DNA of 64,000 nt from Chiloscyllium plagiosum (GCF_004010195.1 NC_057718.1:42248584-42312583); one strand, 5' to 3'; positions 37,756 through 52,326 are shown, counted from the first letter of the stretch. Translations and numbers: made by a program. Notes: generated from the letters alone by a model not told the origin.

Positions 37756-39439
37756 GTTGTTGTTGGAATAGGTGATAAAAGCTTCCATCTGAAGTACTTT
37801 GGATACATATTATACATCACTGCTGAAAGGACAGACATGCAGGATAACACTAGCAAGACACATCTAGAAAACTAGGTATCCAACATTGCTATGGCCTCAG
37901 AAGTAATAAGGAAAATGACTTAACAGTACAGTGATGTAAAGTACATGGTTTCAAGTGATTGCTGAATTAGTTTCATGATTCTCACTTCAGGTTCCTGCTA
38001 ATAATTTGGTTTGTAACCCTTAAAGTCACCACCTGGATATGAGGCCATCAAGCAAAGGAGACTCCTCAACAAGCTAACTAACTAACTAACATGACACTTA
38101 AGAAGAGCTTTCAGTTAATTAATGCACAGATGTCAGCAGATAGTACAAATAGAATATATGGATGAGTAAAGAAAATATACTCCACATAAATCCTGTCTAG
38201 GTGTCTTAGCATAAGTTCTACCACTTTTGTGAATCTTATTGACTCGTTAGTACATTCTGTTTTTTGGTAACAGTCAAAATGCCTTCATTCTGTGCTGGTC
38301 CATTGTGAAAATGCTATTTCAAAAAGAGGCTGATTAGACAACTATTCTCTGTAGCTTTGGCTATGTACACTAGAGAAGAACTTCTAATAAGAGAGTAAAA
38401 TAAAATATGGTTATTCCTTCACTTTATTCAGATATACCGTTGGAGTATTGAAATAGGTTTCACTATGTGGGCAAACCAACTCATATACTGCTCCACATTC
38501 CTCAGAAGATGCAAAATTCTATAACATTTGCTGTTTTGGGCATAATTTTGCCTCAAAGAGAGAAAATATTCATAAGTCACAGGATCAGAAGGGTTGGACT
38601 GCTACTTTGGCAAAAGAAAGAGAAAATCTTGAACAAGAATGAAAGGAAGTTGAAATGGAAAATATGACCAGAAATTCCCTTAAAATCTAAAATAAAATGT
38701 CCTTTATAAAGAGTGTTGTAGGGCTAGATTTTGGTGTTGCAAGGATGGCTAAACTGTCCATCAGCATTCATCATCATTGCACTATAAAACTTCAGAACTT
38801 CTGAAAATGCATATTTAAGCCAATAAAATGAAGAAGCTGGTTTCAGTGATAGCAGAAATAAAGCACAAGATGCAAAATTGATATGAATTTTAACAGTATC
38901 ATTCTCAATGTAAAAAAATTTGAAAAGGTTTTAACTTATTGAGTGAAGTATAACTGGGGTTTTAACAGTACTGTATAATGAATCATAATTATTCTTGAAC
39001 TGTGCAATATCAAGTCTTTCTCCATCCTTTAAAACAATATTACAATATTTAAAATAATTAAACTTTTTTTTAGTTTACAACATTTCAGATTCTACCTTAA
39101 CTGGATTTATATGTCTTTATTAAAGTATAAAGTTAAATTAAAAACCTGCTTGTTACTTCCAGGATTGCTGTCTGTGAAGATTCTTCAATGAGATTGGTTT
39201 CTGTTCCTGCTTGACTATGTCACTATTGCTTGAAATAGGAGATTGTTTATATTTTGTGCCAGAATGAAATTAATGGTGGGAAAAGTGAAATATTTGCCAT
39301 AAAGTTGAGTAGACTTTTGACAGCAGATCTGTGAATGATAGCGTGATCAAGGAACAAAGTGCTATCTAATCTAAGGTGTTAAAATCATAAATTTGTTGCA
39401 AGTGGAAACTTGGCATAGATCAGAAGAAATTATTAATTC

Positions 39440-40290
39440 TTTTTGTCTTGCCTTTGGTAACTGTTGAGTTTTGTTATTTTGTCTTCAAGCTAATAGACTT
39501 TAACTTGACTTCAGGCACATTCAATGGCATCTTATTCTTCTTGTTCCATTCTTTTTTCTTATCATACTTTCTGATTTCCTGGCCTTTCTTTCTTTCCATT
39601 TTTTGGACCACTTGGATCAACCAAGCTGTCAATTTCTCTATCATGTCTTTCTGGCTGTACTTAGTAACAGGTGGAACTCTCCTTGGCATGGGGTGAGATG
39701 GTCTCCCACTCTAACCTACTTCAAGATAATGGTCACCAGGAACACATTTGAAACAGCTTTGTAACCTTCTAGCGTCACCAGCCTTATCCAGTTTGCACTG
39801 GTCTGTGTAACTCATGAAGTTGTACAAAGCACCATTATCTATCTGACACCTCACAATCATTTGTTGATCTCCTTCAACAGTCTTCATTCTAACAGTCAGA
39901 AACCATTTATCACCTTTAGATCTGATGATGTATGGTCTAGAGTGATTCATCAGAATCATTGGCTGCCATCTCTCCAACATCTATCTTTATAGGCTTGCTT
40001 TTCTTCTTAAACTGTTGCATGTAAAGTGATTCAGTTTCTTGCAATTATAGCACTGCTTTCCCTCTGCTGGAAATGCTTTTTCTTTATTGCTTTCCAAAGC
40101 AATGACATATTGTTCTCCAATTTGTTCTTTCTGCTGGCCCTTCTGCAAATATATTTTCTTCTTTTCCTTTATGTTCCTCTCATTTGGCCTGTTATGTCTC
40201 TCAGCGTAATGCAAAGCTTTGTCTGTTCTCCCAATAATATGTTGTAGCTGATGATTAACAACATCACCTTCAAGGCATAGGTCCAAAGTG
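39440..40290 (-). mobile_element. Gypsy/Ty3 LTR-retrotransposon gag-pro relic
   Basis: PAEGKQCYNCKKLNHF (gag zinc knuckle), CQIDNGA (decayed DTGA protease), PRRVP (pre-RT motif) in the correct order with frameshifts. Confidence 0.85.
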
Positions 40291-41450
40291 TGATAGAATA
40301 TTCTTCACTTAGCTGGGGAATGAAGTACCAACATGACTCAAAAAGCTCAACACTATCAAGGCAAAGCAGTCCTTTTAGAATTACTCCTCTCTCTATTCTC
40401 TGTTCATAATCACATGTGACTGTAGTGTTCCCTGCAATAGTAAAATTTGTGCAGAGATTATGTAAAAATTATTTGGTAGCTGACTGTAAATTCGTGAAGT
40501 CACATACTCACTTTACCAGCAATCATTGTACTCCCTTTGCCTTTTTCTCTAAGATTCTGAAAATTCATTGTAATACATTTGCAAGTTTAACAATGTAATT
40601 CCTCACTTCAGTTCAGGATAATACAAAACTATTTCACGTTTCTGAAAGCTGTATTATTTAAATCAAGCATCAAGGATTAATGAGTTGATTGCAAAGGTGT
40701 TATCCTGCTGCAAGAAAAAAGCTAAAAGCATTAAATACTCAAGGTCACTTCAATAACCAAAGGGATAATATTTATACAATTTTATGGCCATAAGTCCTAT
40801 CAATATTTATTTCATCATACCCTTTGCCTTGAGTCATTTACCAGTACTTCAGCTACACTGTCAGTTAGTTCAGAAAGCAACAGTATTTATTTTGACATCA
40901 GAAGCCAAAGTTCATTCAACTGGGACATAACTCAGAGGGAAATAATGTTCTTTGTGACATCCAAAATCAAAGGTCATCAATAAAGGATAGTGTTAGCTAG
41001 GTGAACCGTTGTTTTTCACACTCTCCCTCACCTATTTGAAAGTCAGGGTGAACAGAAGTTCACCTGAATTTGGAAACTAAATTTCATTTATAGCAAAAAA
41101 TATGATCTTGGAAGAACTGTTTTGGTTTTCCTGATTTTTTTTTCAATATCGATATTACACTTGGGAAACAGGTTGTATGTAATGAAAACTAAGTATAACC
41201 TATTTAGTCAAAGAGAGTGCAACGATTTTCACATATTTATTACAATGATTTAATACATAGGATCCACAACAATAGAATATGTTATTTCATAAAAAGAAAT
41301 CATGGGAATCATGCTTGCTCTTTATCTTAAAGAAGTAGTTATCTAAGCAGCAATTCTGTCATTTATAGCTCTGCTAATCTTTCTAAAGATTATATTTAGT
41401 GATGGCTAGTAGATATCATGATGGCAACATGAATTACAATAAGCCTTCTA

Positions 41451-41566
41451 GGAGAAAGTGAGGACTGCAGATGCTGGAGATCAGAGCTGAAAATGTGTTG
41501 CTGGAAAAGCGCAGCAGGTCAGGCAGAAGGTTACCTGCTGCGCTTTTCCAGCAACACATTTTCAGC
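41451..41566. mobile_element. Minimal Penelope-derived fold-back insertion
   Basis: Perfect ~35-bp arms AGCTGAAAATGTGTTGCTGGAAAAGCGCAGCAGGT and its reverse complement; 34-nt unpaired tail; TTACAATAA(G/A)CCTT duplicated at 41434-41447 and 41567-41580. Confidence 0.88.
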
Positions 41567-42253
41567 TTACAATAAACCTTGCAATCTAAGTTTTCAGTCT
41601 GTCAGAAAACACATTAAAAAGCACCATTTGATTATGAAGATAAAGCCATTAAATTGGACTACAAAATTCAGAGATATCATAGAGTAAATTTTAAGGTGAC
41701 TCATTTGTGCAGGTGAAAGGCAGGGTGATACATGCAAATGAAAATGGTTGGAAAGCAGATTCAATTAGGTGGTTGAGCCTCATAAATATTTTCGCAAGGC
41801 CCTGCTTAAACATCTGGTGCAGTGTACCAATCAGGGGTCAAGGAGACTACAGTATAGAAAATCTGCTCACTCCTCAGCAAAGCCAAATTTTTTGTGTCAT
41901 GTTTAAGTGGATAGATGATTTTGGAGAAGTGCTGTGAAAGGTCAGATGACATGACACAGATATCTTTGTGGGGTTAGGAAGCTTCTAAACACATAAAAAT
42001 TACAAAAAGTAAATGAATCCAATCTGCTTTTTGAAACTTGGGATGAGTGTTGTGGTATTTTCTCAAATATCCACTTATGGTACCTTGCCGCATTTGCCAC
42101 TTCTATTATTATGCGGTTCTGGGTAAGGGCTATTTGAGGTAGGTTGCTGCCACTATTTGTCCTTAGTCTATGCTTTGTCTTGGACCTATCTATTATCGAT
42201 AGAATATATACCGCCATACAGCATCTACAGAAGAAGCAGTATTCTTAAATAAC

Positions 42254-42935
42254 AAGAAGATTTATTGCATCATAGCAAAAAGTACAACTACATTTGGTCA
42301 GGCATAATTATATGGTTCAGGGGAAGCTGGATTAGAGATACATGTACTCCCCCTGAAAGCTAGAATAGAACTCCTTGTCCCAACAGTGTATACACACAGA
42401 ACATGAAGTCCTTGATGATGAACTCTCTTAAAGGCAAGACAAAGTGGACTCACACCAATGCCTGGTACACTTTAATCATTTTACACTCCAGCCCTCCTGC
42501 AATAAATGCCAGCATGCAATTTGCCTTCATTCTCAGTTGCACTCACATACTGATGTTTTGTGATTCATGTACGTGGACATTCTGATCCCTCGACTATAGC
42601 ACTTTGCAGATTCTATCCATTTAAATAATTTTCTTCTTTCTATTGTTTCTTGAAGGCAAATTGCATGCCGGCATTTATTGCAGGAGGGCTGGAGTGTAAA
42701 ATGATTAAAGTGCTATAATTGTACTGGGCATTGGTGTGACTGCACTTTGTCTTGCCTTTAAGAAAGTTCACCATTAAGGACTTCATGTTCTGTGCGTATA
42801 CACTGTTGGGACAAGGAGTTCTATTCTAGCTTTCAGAGGGAGTACATGTATCTCTAAACCAGCTCTCCCAGACCCATATAATTATGCCTGACCAAATGTA
42901 GTTGTACTTTTTGCTATGATGCAATAAATCTTCTT
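42254..42935. repeat. Long inverted repeat: arms 42254-42529 and 42651-42935, 121-nt spacer
   Basis: Continuous reverse-complement match from AAGAAGATTTATTGCATCATAGC to GCATGCAATTTGCCTTCA with scattered mismatches. Confidence 0.95.
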
Positions 42936-44719
42936 ATTTGAATTGTATTGAATTGAATTGAATTTAATTTGTTGTCATGTGTACTGAGGCACAGTGAAAA
43001 TCCCAGTCTTGCGAGCAATACGAGCAGATCATAGTTAAGTAGCATAGATAGTATATAATAAGTAAACAGCGGCAAAAACAGAAACACAGGTACAGGCAAA
43101 TGTTAAGAGTTTGTGACTCCATCCAGTACTCTAACAACCGTAGGGTAGAAACTATTGTGAAACCGGCTGGTGCATATGTTCAGGCTTCTGTAACTTCTCC
43201 CTGATGGTAGAGGTTGTGGAAAAACATTGTCAGGGTAGAACGGATCTTTAAGAATGCTGGCAGCCTTTCCTTGACAGCGGGCCTGGTGGTTGGATTCTAT
43301 AGATGGGAGGTTGGCCTTTGTGATTGTCCGGGCCGAGTTCACCACTCTGTAACCGTCTCTGATCTTGAATAGTACAATTGCCATACCAAGTAGTGATACA
43401 TCCAGATAGAATGCTTGCGATGGCGCACATATAAAAGTTGGCAAGGGTATTCACCGTCATGCTATATTTCCTCAGCTGCCTGAGGAAGAAGAGACATTGT
43501 TGGGCCTTTATAACCAATGCGTTCTCATGAAGAGTCCAAGAAAGCTCGTTGTGGATGACTACTCCTAGGAGTGTAACACTCTCCACTTGTTCCACCCCCT
43601 TGCTGTTAATGTGTAGCGTGCATAAGTAACATCCCGCCGAAAGTCAATAACGAGTTCCTTGGTTTTGCTGGCATTGAGAGCTAGGTTGTTCCCAGTGCAC
43701 CATTTTCCAGGTCTTCCACCTCCCATTGGTAGTCTGTTTCGTCGCCATCTGAGATTCAACCAACTATGGTGGTGTCATCAGCAAACTTGTAAATGGCATT
43801 AGTCTGGTATTTGGTAACTCAGTCATGGGTATACAGTGAGTACAGTAGGGGGCTGAGTATGCACCATTTGGGGCTCCAGTGTTGAGAGCTAGTGATGATG
43901 AAACATTGTCCCACACTGATTGTGGCCTGTGGGTCAGGAAACTGAGGATCCAGTTGCAGAGAGTTGGGCTTAGTCCAAGATCACTAAGTTTAGTAATCAG
44001 TTTCAAGGGGATATAAGTGTTGAAGGCTGAACCTTGATCAATGAGTAGGATTCTTACAAAGCTGTTCTTGGTGTCAAGATGTTCTAGGGAGGAGTGAAGG
44101 GCAAGTGATATGGCATCTGATGTGGATCTATTGGTCCGATAGGTAAATTGGAGTGGGTCAAGAGAAGTGGGGAGGCTGGGTTGATAAATGCCATGACCAG
44201 CCTTTCAAAGCACTTCATGACTACCACTGAAGTTAGGCCCACTGGGTGGTAGTCATTGAGACATGTTGCATGAGCCTTCTTAGGCACAGGGATGATGATG
44301 ACCCTCTTGAAACAGGCAGGGACAGTAGCCTGCTGCAGGGAGAGGTTGAAGATGTCCGAGTAGACCTCTGCCAGTTGATCTGTGCATGCTCTGAATGCAC
44401 GGCCTGGTACTCTGTCTGGTCCAATCGCTTTCCTTGGATTCACATGAAGGAAAACTGATCTGACCTTTGATGCAGTGACTGTTAGGAGAGGTTCGTTTGG
44501 ACTGGTCAGAATAGGTGTTACCTCTCTGCCAAAATTCTGCTCAAAGCGAACATAGAAGGCATTGAGACGATCTGGGAGAGATATGTCATTGTCTGCTCTC
44601 TTGCACTGTCTCTTTTTAGAATCTGTAATGTAATTCAGTCCTTGCCATAGTCGCCGGGTGTCTGTCTCGGTCTCTAGTTTGGATTGGTATTGGTCCTTGG
44701 CTGTCCTAATGGCTCTTTA
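42936..44719 (-). mobile_element. Rex1/Babar-clade LINE, 5'-truncated
   Basis: [85 protein letters not shown]; (TTCAA)n tail at 42936-42965. Confidence 0.93.
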
Positions 44720-45625
44720 AGTCAACAATCTCAGTTTCCCACATATTCCAATTGCCAAATTTTGCCTATTCACTTCATCTATCAAGATTATTTTATGACT
44801 CCTTCTCTCAACTTGTATCATTCTTGAAACATGCTTTCCTATCAATCCTTGTAACGTCATCAAATCTGGCTTCAATATACTCAGTCATTTCATCCAAGTC
44901 ATTAATCTTGATTGTTAACAGTTGAAGTCCTAACACTGAACTCTGTGGTACTCACTAGTTACAATTTTCCAACCTGAAACTGACAACACTTATCCCACTT
45001 TCTGTTTCCTGGCAATCCGCAATGCAGGATAATATATGACCCCAACATGACGAGTTCTTAGCTTGTGTCGCATAATCTTTTGTGGTACCTTATCAAGTGC
45101 CTTTTGTACTTGTAAATACAACTACTGTGACAATAAAATTTAACTGTAATTCTAATTCACTCTGCTTGCTACATTCTTAAAAGAACTCTAATAACTTTAT
45201 TAAACCAATCTTTTCTTTCTCAAAACCATGTTGACTCTGCCTGATCATATTAAGATTTTCTAAATAATCTGCTACTACTGTCTTTAAGAATACAATGCCA
45301 TTTTTTAGACAATTTTTCTTTCTTTCTGTATCCTTTCTTCTTTGAATAGAGTTGTCATATTCATGGCCTTCCAATCAAATGGAACTTTCAATGTCGAAGG
45401 AATTTTGGAACTAATGCCAGTTCTTTTTTGACATGAGGATGCAGGCCATCAAGACCAGAGTATTAGTTTTCCTCGTATTTTTTATTGGTGGAGATCATTA
45501 TTGTTTTAAGCTCGACTTCCCTTTTGTCTGTTGATTTTCTGATATTCTTGGGATTCTTTTTGTATCTTCTACTGTTAAAACAGATACAAAATAATTGTTC
45601 AAAATCTCTGCCATTTTAATTTTTA
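44720..45625 (-). mobile_element. Old CR1 relic (continuation of the CR1 sequence at 42440-42650)
   Basis: ORF 45177..45374 YLENLNMIRQSQHGF..LLEFF; CATCCAAGTCATT (NDLD) remnant. Confidence 0.78.
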
Positions 45626-46844
45626 TCATTTCGTTGCAAATATCTGATACCACAATTCATGTGTTTTCAGGAATATATTTTCTAGATTGAATACTAAAGT
45701 ATTAAATGTCAGAGAAATTAAACCATCTGATTGAGAAAGTAAGAAACACTGAAATAAGTGCAATTCAAACAGATGTGGAGTAATTAGCATTTGAAGGGTA
45801 ATCTATGTTTATATAATGCCATCATAATTCGAAAGGAGAAACCTTCAGCAATGAATAACCTACCTTTCAGCTTTTAGTTAAGACAATAGGGCTACAATTA
45901 TTTCAAGGCAGTGTTTGCTGACACCCACAACTATATACAACAATGCATATCTGCTAATCCAGAAATGTGCATGTGCATAATTCTGGACAGTATGGAATAT
46001 TTTATTTCAATAAAGGATTTTGGATTATTCATATAGTTCCCAGATCAAAGAAACTAAGAGAATCTTTGTAAATAAAGGAATCCAGTGTGAAGCTAAAGAG
46101 TTCAGAGAGAGGGCCATTAAGGAAATAAATAATAAAAATTACTCATGTAAGAACCAGAATCAATGGAATTGTTTTGCACGTAAAATATATCTTAATTTTT
46201 ATTTCACTTTGGAATATTCAAAATATGCCCTTATTCCCATGGAGTTAGGCCATGTGATATATTTTAATTTGCTTTATCCATGTCCATTCTGTGCTCACAG
46301 AAGCAGGTAAAGTCAGTTGCACCTTGCCTGTGGTGGAGGTTGCAGTTCAATGAGTCAAGAGAGCATAAGAGTTAACTTTTTCGCCAGGCTTGCACCTTAA
46401 GCAAAAAGAAAAACTAATTTATTAGTTCACTGCTTGGAATATGTGAAAGCTCATGCTCAATTTGTAGACAGAGTTCTCAGAAAAAAAGTGAAGCTTTGCA
46501 TAGCTTGGAACTAGAGGAAAAAATCTGAAATAATTCTCAATCTGCAGAGTTGTGGCATAATTTGGATTTCTTTAAAAGAAGTTAATGTATCTTTAAAGTC
46601 TCGTAATATATATGGGAACTCTTCGGTGGAATTACAAAGTAAAATGAGACCTGGATTTATTCTTTAAGTCTTGACAAACTATAATGGTTGTTAATGGTGA
46701 TGCTTATTTTTGTGTAGATTGTAAAGTTTGCCTTTGTTTACAAATGTGAAATTTTGTAGCATAATTTATGTCAATTAATCATGGGGTATTTAAATCTCTC
46801 TTTAAACGCTAATTCTCTCTACTGAGATTACTACTTCACCAGTT

Positions 46845-47420
46845 ACATCCTCTAGGTGACTACTGCTCACTTCAACTATTATTTTCTTCTTTTAAAACTT
46901 ATTTAGAAGTTTTTACTGTCTGTCTTTATATTTTTGCTGGGTTTTTTTCACACACTAAATTCTCCATCTTTCTATTCAGCTGCACTTTGTTGGTTCCTAA
47001 AGATTTTCCACTTCTCTGACCTATCACTAATCTTCACAGAATTTAATACCATTTGTTTCAATTTTTTTATCACCCTCAATTTTACTTCCCTACCAGCTTA
47101 TCTTCTAACCTATTTTCCCAGTCTCCAAAGCCAATTCTGTCTTCATTCCCTAATTACCTTCATATAAGTTTAAGGCTCTAATTTGAGAACCATATTTCCC
47201 ATCCTCAGACTGAATCTTAAATTCTGTCATGCACGATCACTCTTGTCTAAACTTCCCTTATTACATGGACATTAGTTAATCCAGTTTTATTATTACTATT
47301 ACAGAATGTCCTGTTCTAAGAAATTTTCCCAAATACACTCAGTGAACTACCCTCCAAGGTACCTTTGCAAAAATTATTAATCCAATCTAAATGAAGATCA
47401 AAATCACCCATGATTATTGT
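46845..47420 (-). mobile_element. Old CR1 endonuclease/linker fragments
   Basis: AAATCACCCATGATTATT (IIMGDF on minus); CGATCACTCTTGTCTAA (SDH-like motif). Confidence 0.6.
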
Positions 47421-49914
47421 AGGGATGGGAGGTAGGAGCTAGAGGGGTTATGTGGGTTATTTGGGCAATCATAAGATGGTACAATGGACCATGGGTGTTT
47501 TTTTGGTGGTAATGAGATTCCACGAATGGGGTATGGAATGTGACGGGTTACAGTGCCTGTTTTCAATGCAGCTAAGAAAATGTCCTACTGCACTGAAGAA
47601 GAAATTTTAAACAGACCCAGCTGATCCAAGGATACCTCCAAACTTTTGCCTAATTTTGCCAGCCGAGCTGCAGCTTGCGTCTACCACTACCACAATCAAG
47701 CTTGTGCATCCAGATTCAGTAAAACTAGCCCTACTTTATAACAACCTCCCCAGCATTTAATTATGTTGTACATCAGTTGCACTATGTGCTTAAGTGTTTC
47801 CATACAAGTATTTCTCTTGCTTCTTCTGTGTGATATCTTAAACTGAATCTAATCTTAAAATAGGTATTCAGTGACGATGGAAGTGAATGGCTGCTGAGTG
47901 CTTCTCAGGATCTTTTGGGACTGAATTGAACTTTTCGCAAAATAGCTATATCAAAAATGGATCTGCAACATATGACATCTCATGTATTGTTGGATTGGTG
48001 GCCTAACCTCATTTCCTTTACACCATATGCACAGGTAATGAAGATCGGTAAAGGGGCACACAATGCTCATATCCTGAGCAACTGTAACACACTGATTTAA
48101 TTCCTGTTATGCCACTGGTACCGGACACTAGCTCTGCATGTCCACTGAACTGGAGGAAAACAGACAAAATGCTAGTAATCAGATTAGTGAAGTCCTTTAA
48201 GATGATTATCTCTAATTGTTTGCTAGGCCTGTTGAGGCTGCAAGATAAAGCCGCCTTCTCCACTTTGATGCCGAAGGCCTCTACAGCAGCAATTTGAGCA
48301 CTCAAGCAGAAACTAAGATTGCCCTTAGGATCTCTATCATGGGGGTCACAGCTGCAGATTGGCCGCAAGCTCATGGGGGGCTACAGACCTAGGAAGTCAT
48401 CTATCATAGTGTCACAGATGTAGGTAATGGACCGTTCCAATTGACCCACCATCTGCTACACATCCCCAATGCCTGCACATATTTCTGATGTTCTACAGGA
48501 ATTCTTCATTTAAAGGCAGAACCTGTAGACTAGGATTCAGTAGTTTTCTGACCCTTCAAGTCAGCAATGTTTTCATTTTCAACTTTTCAACCTCCAACTT
48601 CTCTTCCCTATCCATGTTATATGCTTTATATGCATCAATCCATAATGCCTCTAGAATGAAACTTGATGTAGTACTGAGTAGGGAAAAGGCACTTCATTAG
48701 TTGTCCAGTAGGATTTGTTTGAAAGAATGGATGTTTATGTTCATAACTATAGCCTATCTCTCTTTCATGTCAGAGTTATCTGGTCTTTTAAGTAAAATGC
48801 AAAAAGTGAGAATGATGTAGCAATAAGACAATGACAAACCCATGTAAAAGTGTACATCGAAGAGGAATGACAGCCCAAGGAATTAAACATTTGTATGTAT
48901 ACCAGTCTATAAGTGAGGTACAATTGTGTTATGTTGTGACTGCAGGAACATTTGAAGGTGGGAGATCTACGGGATCCCATCACAATATGTATTTGCCATT
49001 GGTAAGTTGTTCTTCAAATTCCCTTAAGCAGGGGACATGATTGTAAGTGGACGTTGTGTTTAGCACAGTGCATTTTTGATGGTTTGGATGATAACTCTTA
49101 TCTTCTCTGATATGATTATTCAACTTCTTATGGCACTCAATCACCATGTGCAAAATCACGTATTTTGAGGCTCTGTGCAGGAAGTTATCATTCCTCACTG
49201 GGATCTTCTAAGCTCTAAGGTCCATTTATAAAAGGCACCTGAACAGCACTATACTATCTGCAACCCATGAGAATCACTCAACTTTGCTCACCACCCCACC
49301 CATCCCTGCTGATGACAAACACCTAGCAAAAAACAGCACCACAATTTAGGAACATTTTCTGAGAAGTTTGTCAGAAGATTATCTAGGAGTTCCAGGATTC
49401 CAGGTTAATCTCTGCCAGCAATTTGCAGCACATCCCTAAAAAGGAACAGTCACATGCCTCATATAGGCAAGGTTATGCTTTCCAACCTCACCAGTGTAGA
49501 GACACTTATCTTGGTGGATAATCTGCCTCGAGTAGGCTCAATGAAAGGTTCTTGTTACTATAGCACTGACACTGTCCCATAGGTACAGAAGGAAGAAACA
49601 AACAAGGTTTCTTAAACTTAGAGAATGCTTGAATGCAGACCCTGCTGATTCTAGCACAAATGATGAGTTTCTGGCCTTGACCTTTATTGAGCTGATGGAG
49701 GTGAAGAAGCAAGCAGGGGACCATTAGGCAGAGATCCCAGTGATCATGTGCAGACTGGAGAGATGAGCAGAGAAGTCAGTCTAAGTTCTGTTTGATCCTG
49801 TGGCTCTGGTATGAAAGTACATCAAAGTTTCCACAACCAGAGTGGTAACTACTGTGGACAGCCAGATCCAGAGGAACAGTAAATATCTGCAGGTTATGTG
49901 TGGGTGGCACCAGT

Positions 49915-50145
49915 GCATCATCCAGTCCATGGGTGCATTAAGGTTGAATAATGTCCTTTAGAGTAGGAAATCCACCATTCTTATCTGGACTCGTTTAGAT
50001 GTGACCCCAGACCCACAGCAATGTGGTTGCCTGGTAACTGCCCTCTAAAATAGCCTTGCAAACAGATCAGTTTAAAGACAATTAAGGATGGGCAACAAAT
50101 GCTAGCTTTTACAACAATGCCCATATCCTATGAAAGAATAACAAG
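49915..50145 (+). mobile_element. 3' half of the tRNA-headed SINE family seen at 27205
   Basis: ATGTCCTTTAG..CCAGACCCACAGCAATGTGGTTG..CAATTAAGGATGGGCAACAAATGCT. Confidence 0.75.
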
Positions 50146-50254
50146 AACTCTTAATAAAACTAACAAAGCTCCTGGGTTAAGCAGTCAAACAGTAAAGTTA
50201 GTTCACTTGAGATTTAGGGTGTGCTTGCCAATTAAATATATAATTGGTTTAACA

Positions 50255-51296
50255 GCAGAAGACAGAGAGAAATGGTAGAAGGTTGCTTTTTGGACTGGAG
50301 GCCTGTCACCAGTGGTGCTCCCCAGGGATCAGTTCTGGGTCCTCTTTTGTTTGTCATTTATACAAATGATTTGGATGAGAATACAGAAAGTATGGTTAGT
50401 AAGTTTGCAGATGATACAAAATCGATGGCGTAGTAGACAGTGATGAAGGTTTTCTAAGATTAAAAAAATTTTGATCAAATGGGTCAATGGGCTGAAAATG
50501 GCAGATGGAGTTCAATCTGGATAAATGTGAGGTATTGCATTTATTGCAGAAATAAGGGTAGGTCTTTTACAATTAATGGTAGGGCCTTGGGTGGTGTTGT
50601 AGAACAGAGGAACCTAGGGGTGCAGATACATAATTTCTTAAAGTTTGCATCACATATACACAGGATGGTTAAAAAGGTGCTTGGCATATTTGTCTTCATT
50701 GCTCAGTCGTTTGAGTATAGGAGTTGTGATGTTATGTTGAGGTTGAGCAGGATATTAGTGAAGCCTCATCTAGAATACTGTGTCCAGGAAGGATATCATC
50801 AAGCTGAGAGGGTGCAGCAGAGATTTACCAGGATGTTGCCAGGTATGGAAGGTTTGAGTTATAAAGAAAAGCTGGATAGGCTGAAGCTTTTTTCACTGGA
50901 GCATAGGAGGTTGAGAGGTGAGAGGTGATCTTACAGAAGCGTATAAAATAATGAGAGGTGGACAGAATTGATAGTAGTTGTCTTTTGCCTAAGATGGGGG
51001 GATCTCAAGACTAAGGGGCACATTTTTAAGGTGAGAGGAGAGAAATTTAAAAAAGACATGAGGAGCAAATTTTTACACAGCAGATGGTTCACATGTGGAA
51101 TGAGCTTCCTGAGGAAGTGGTGAATGTGTGCGCAATTACAAAGTTTAAAGGACATTTGGCTGGATACATGAATAGGAAAGGTTGGGGGGATATGGGCCAG
51201 GAGCAGGCAGGTGGGATTAGATTAGTTTGGGATTAGGTTCGGCATAGACAAGTTGGACTGAAGGGTCTGGTTCAGTGCTGTATGACTCTATGACTC
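50255..51296 (+). mobile_element. Diverged CR1 LINE, RT to 3' tail
   Basis: [49 protein letters not shown] tail. Confidence 0.93.
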
Positions 51297-51784
51297 CAAC
51301 TGACTTGCAAGTACAGATCTATGAACAAATATAAAACATTAGTTTTTTTGGGGATCTCGATAATCAATCTATCCTTTGGGTCCTTGTGAAGCTACTCACG
51401 TTTCTGGTGAATGCCTGCTGTTCAGTTGTCCCAATGTGATGAGGTGCAATCTCCATGATCCATTACTGCTTTGCACCTTCCTGATGCTGCCATGTGCTAG
51501 ACCTTTGTAACTTTGACCTTTGCATTGTTTTAAAAGATCATGGCAATCAGCATACTCTGATTCTTGGTGGCCTTGTTTAAACATTGCAATGTAACTCTGT
51601 CGACTTGGTATGTGAAGCCTGCTTAATGATTTCTTCTCCACACCTTTAATTTTCATGTATGCAGGCCTAAGAATACTTTTCCATGGTGAAATTATAGGTC
51701 AATCTCCCCCGGAACCATCAGTGTTGCTGGTCACTCTTTGGTGCCTTTTTTGTCAAATGTGTATCGATCCACTTGGGAAAATGA

Positions 51785-51883
51785 AACAAAAATAGAAATT
51801 GCTGGCAAAGCTCAGCAGCCTGGAAGAATCTGTGGAGAGAAATCGGAGTTAATGTTTTGGGTCGAGTGACCCTTCCTCAGAAA
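51785..51883 (-). mobile_element. Penelope-derived terminal fragment (third family) with hammerhead motif
   Basis: Minus strand CTGAGGA-A-GGGTC-ACTC-GACCC-AAAA-CATTAAC with a perfect 5-bp stem II; related to 57770-57870 and 58110-58207. Confidence 0.75.
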
Positions 51884-52326
51884 GCGGACTGAGTCTCATG
51901 TCCCATGACTCCCGGGGTCACCACAAAAGTTAAAGATTCAATCAAAATATGCAAAGTCCACAACTTGACTGTCCGATGCAATCATGTTAACACAAACCAC
52001 TGACTAGATTCCCATACTTAAAAATAACTACTGTTTATTACCAATAAATAAATTATAATTACAAGCAAACAGATATGAATTATCAAGGTCTCGATCTACT
52101 AGTTAAAACTCTTAACCCCCTTTTAAACCTGTGCACACAAAAACAGACAGATGCAGGCAATCAAAACAAAAATAATAGTGCTATGGGTGGAGGGAAAAAG
52201 AACTGGCAAACACAGTTCAATAGCATCAGTCCACAGGGATTGATGAGATTTTCCTTTTGCTTATCAATATCTTATGTTCTTCAATTTCTTTTCTCGAAGT
52301 TCTTTCTCTTCTTTGCAGGAGGCATA

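Noticed and set aside
41485..41566. Fold-back hairpins as microRNA genes
   Set aside because: Fully explained by Penelope-derived inverted arms with TSDs; no evidence of processing from sequence alone
47500..49800. Possible decayed DNA transposon (Harbinger-like) region with several short ORFs
   Set aside because: No transposase motif, TIR or TSD that I can demonstrate
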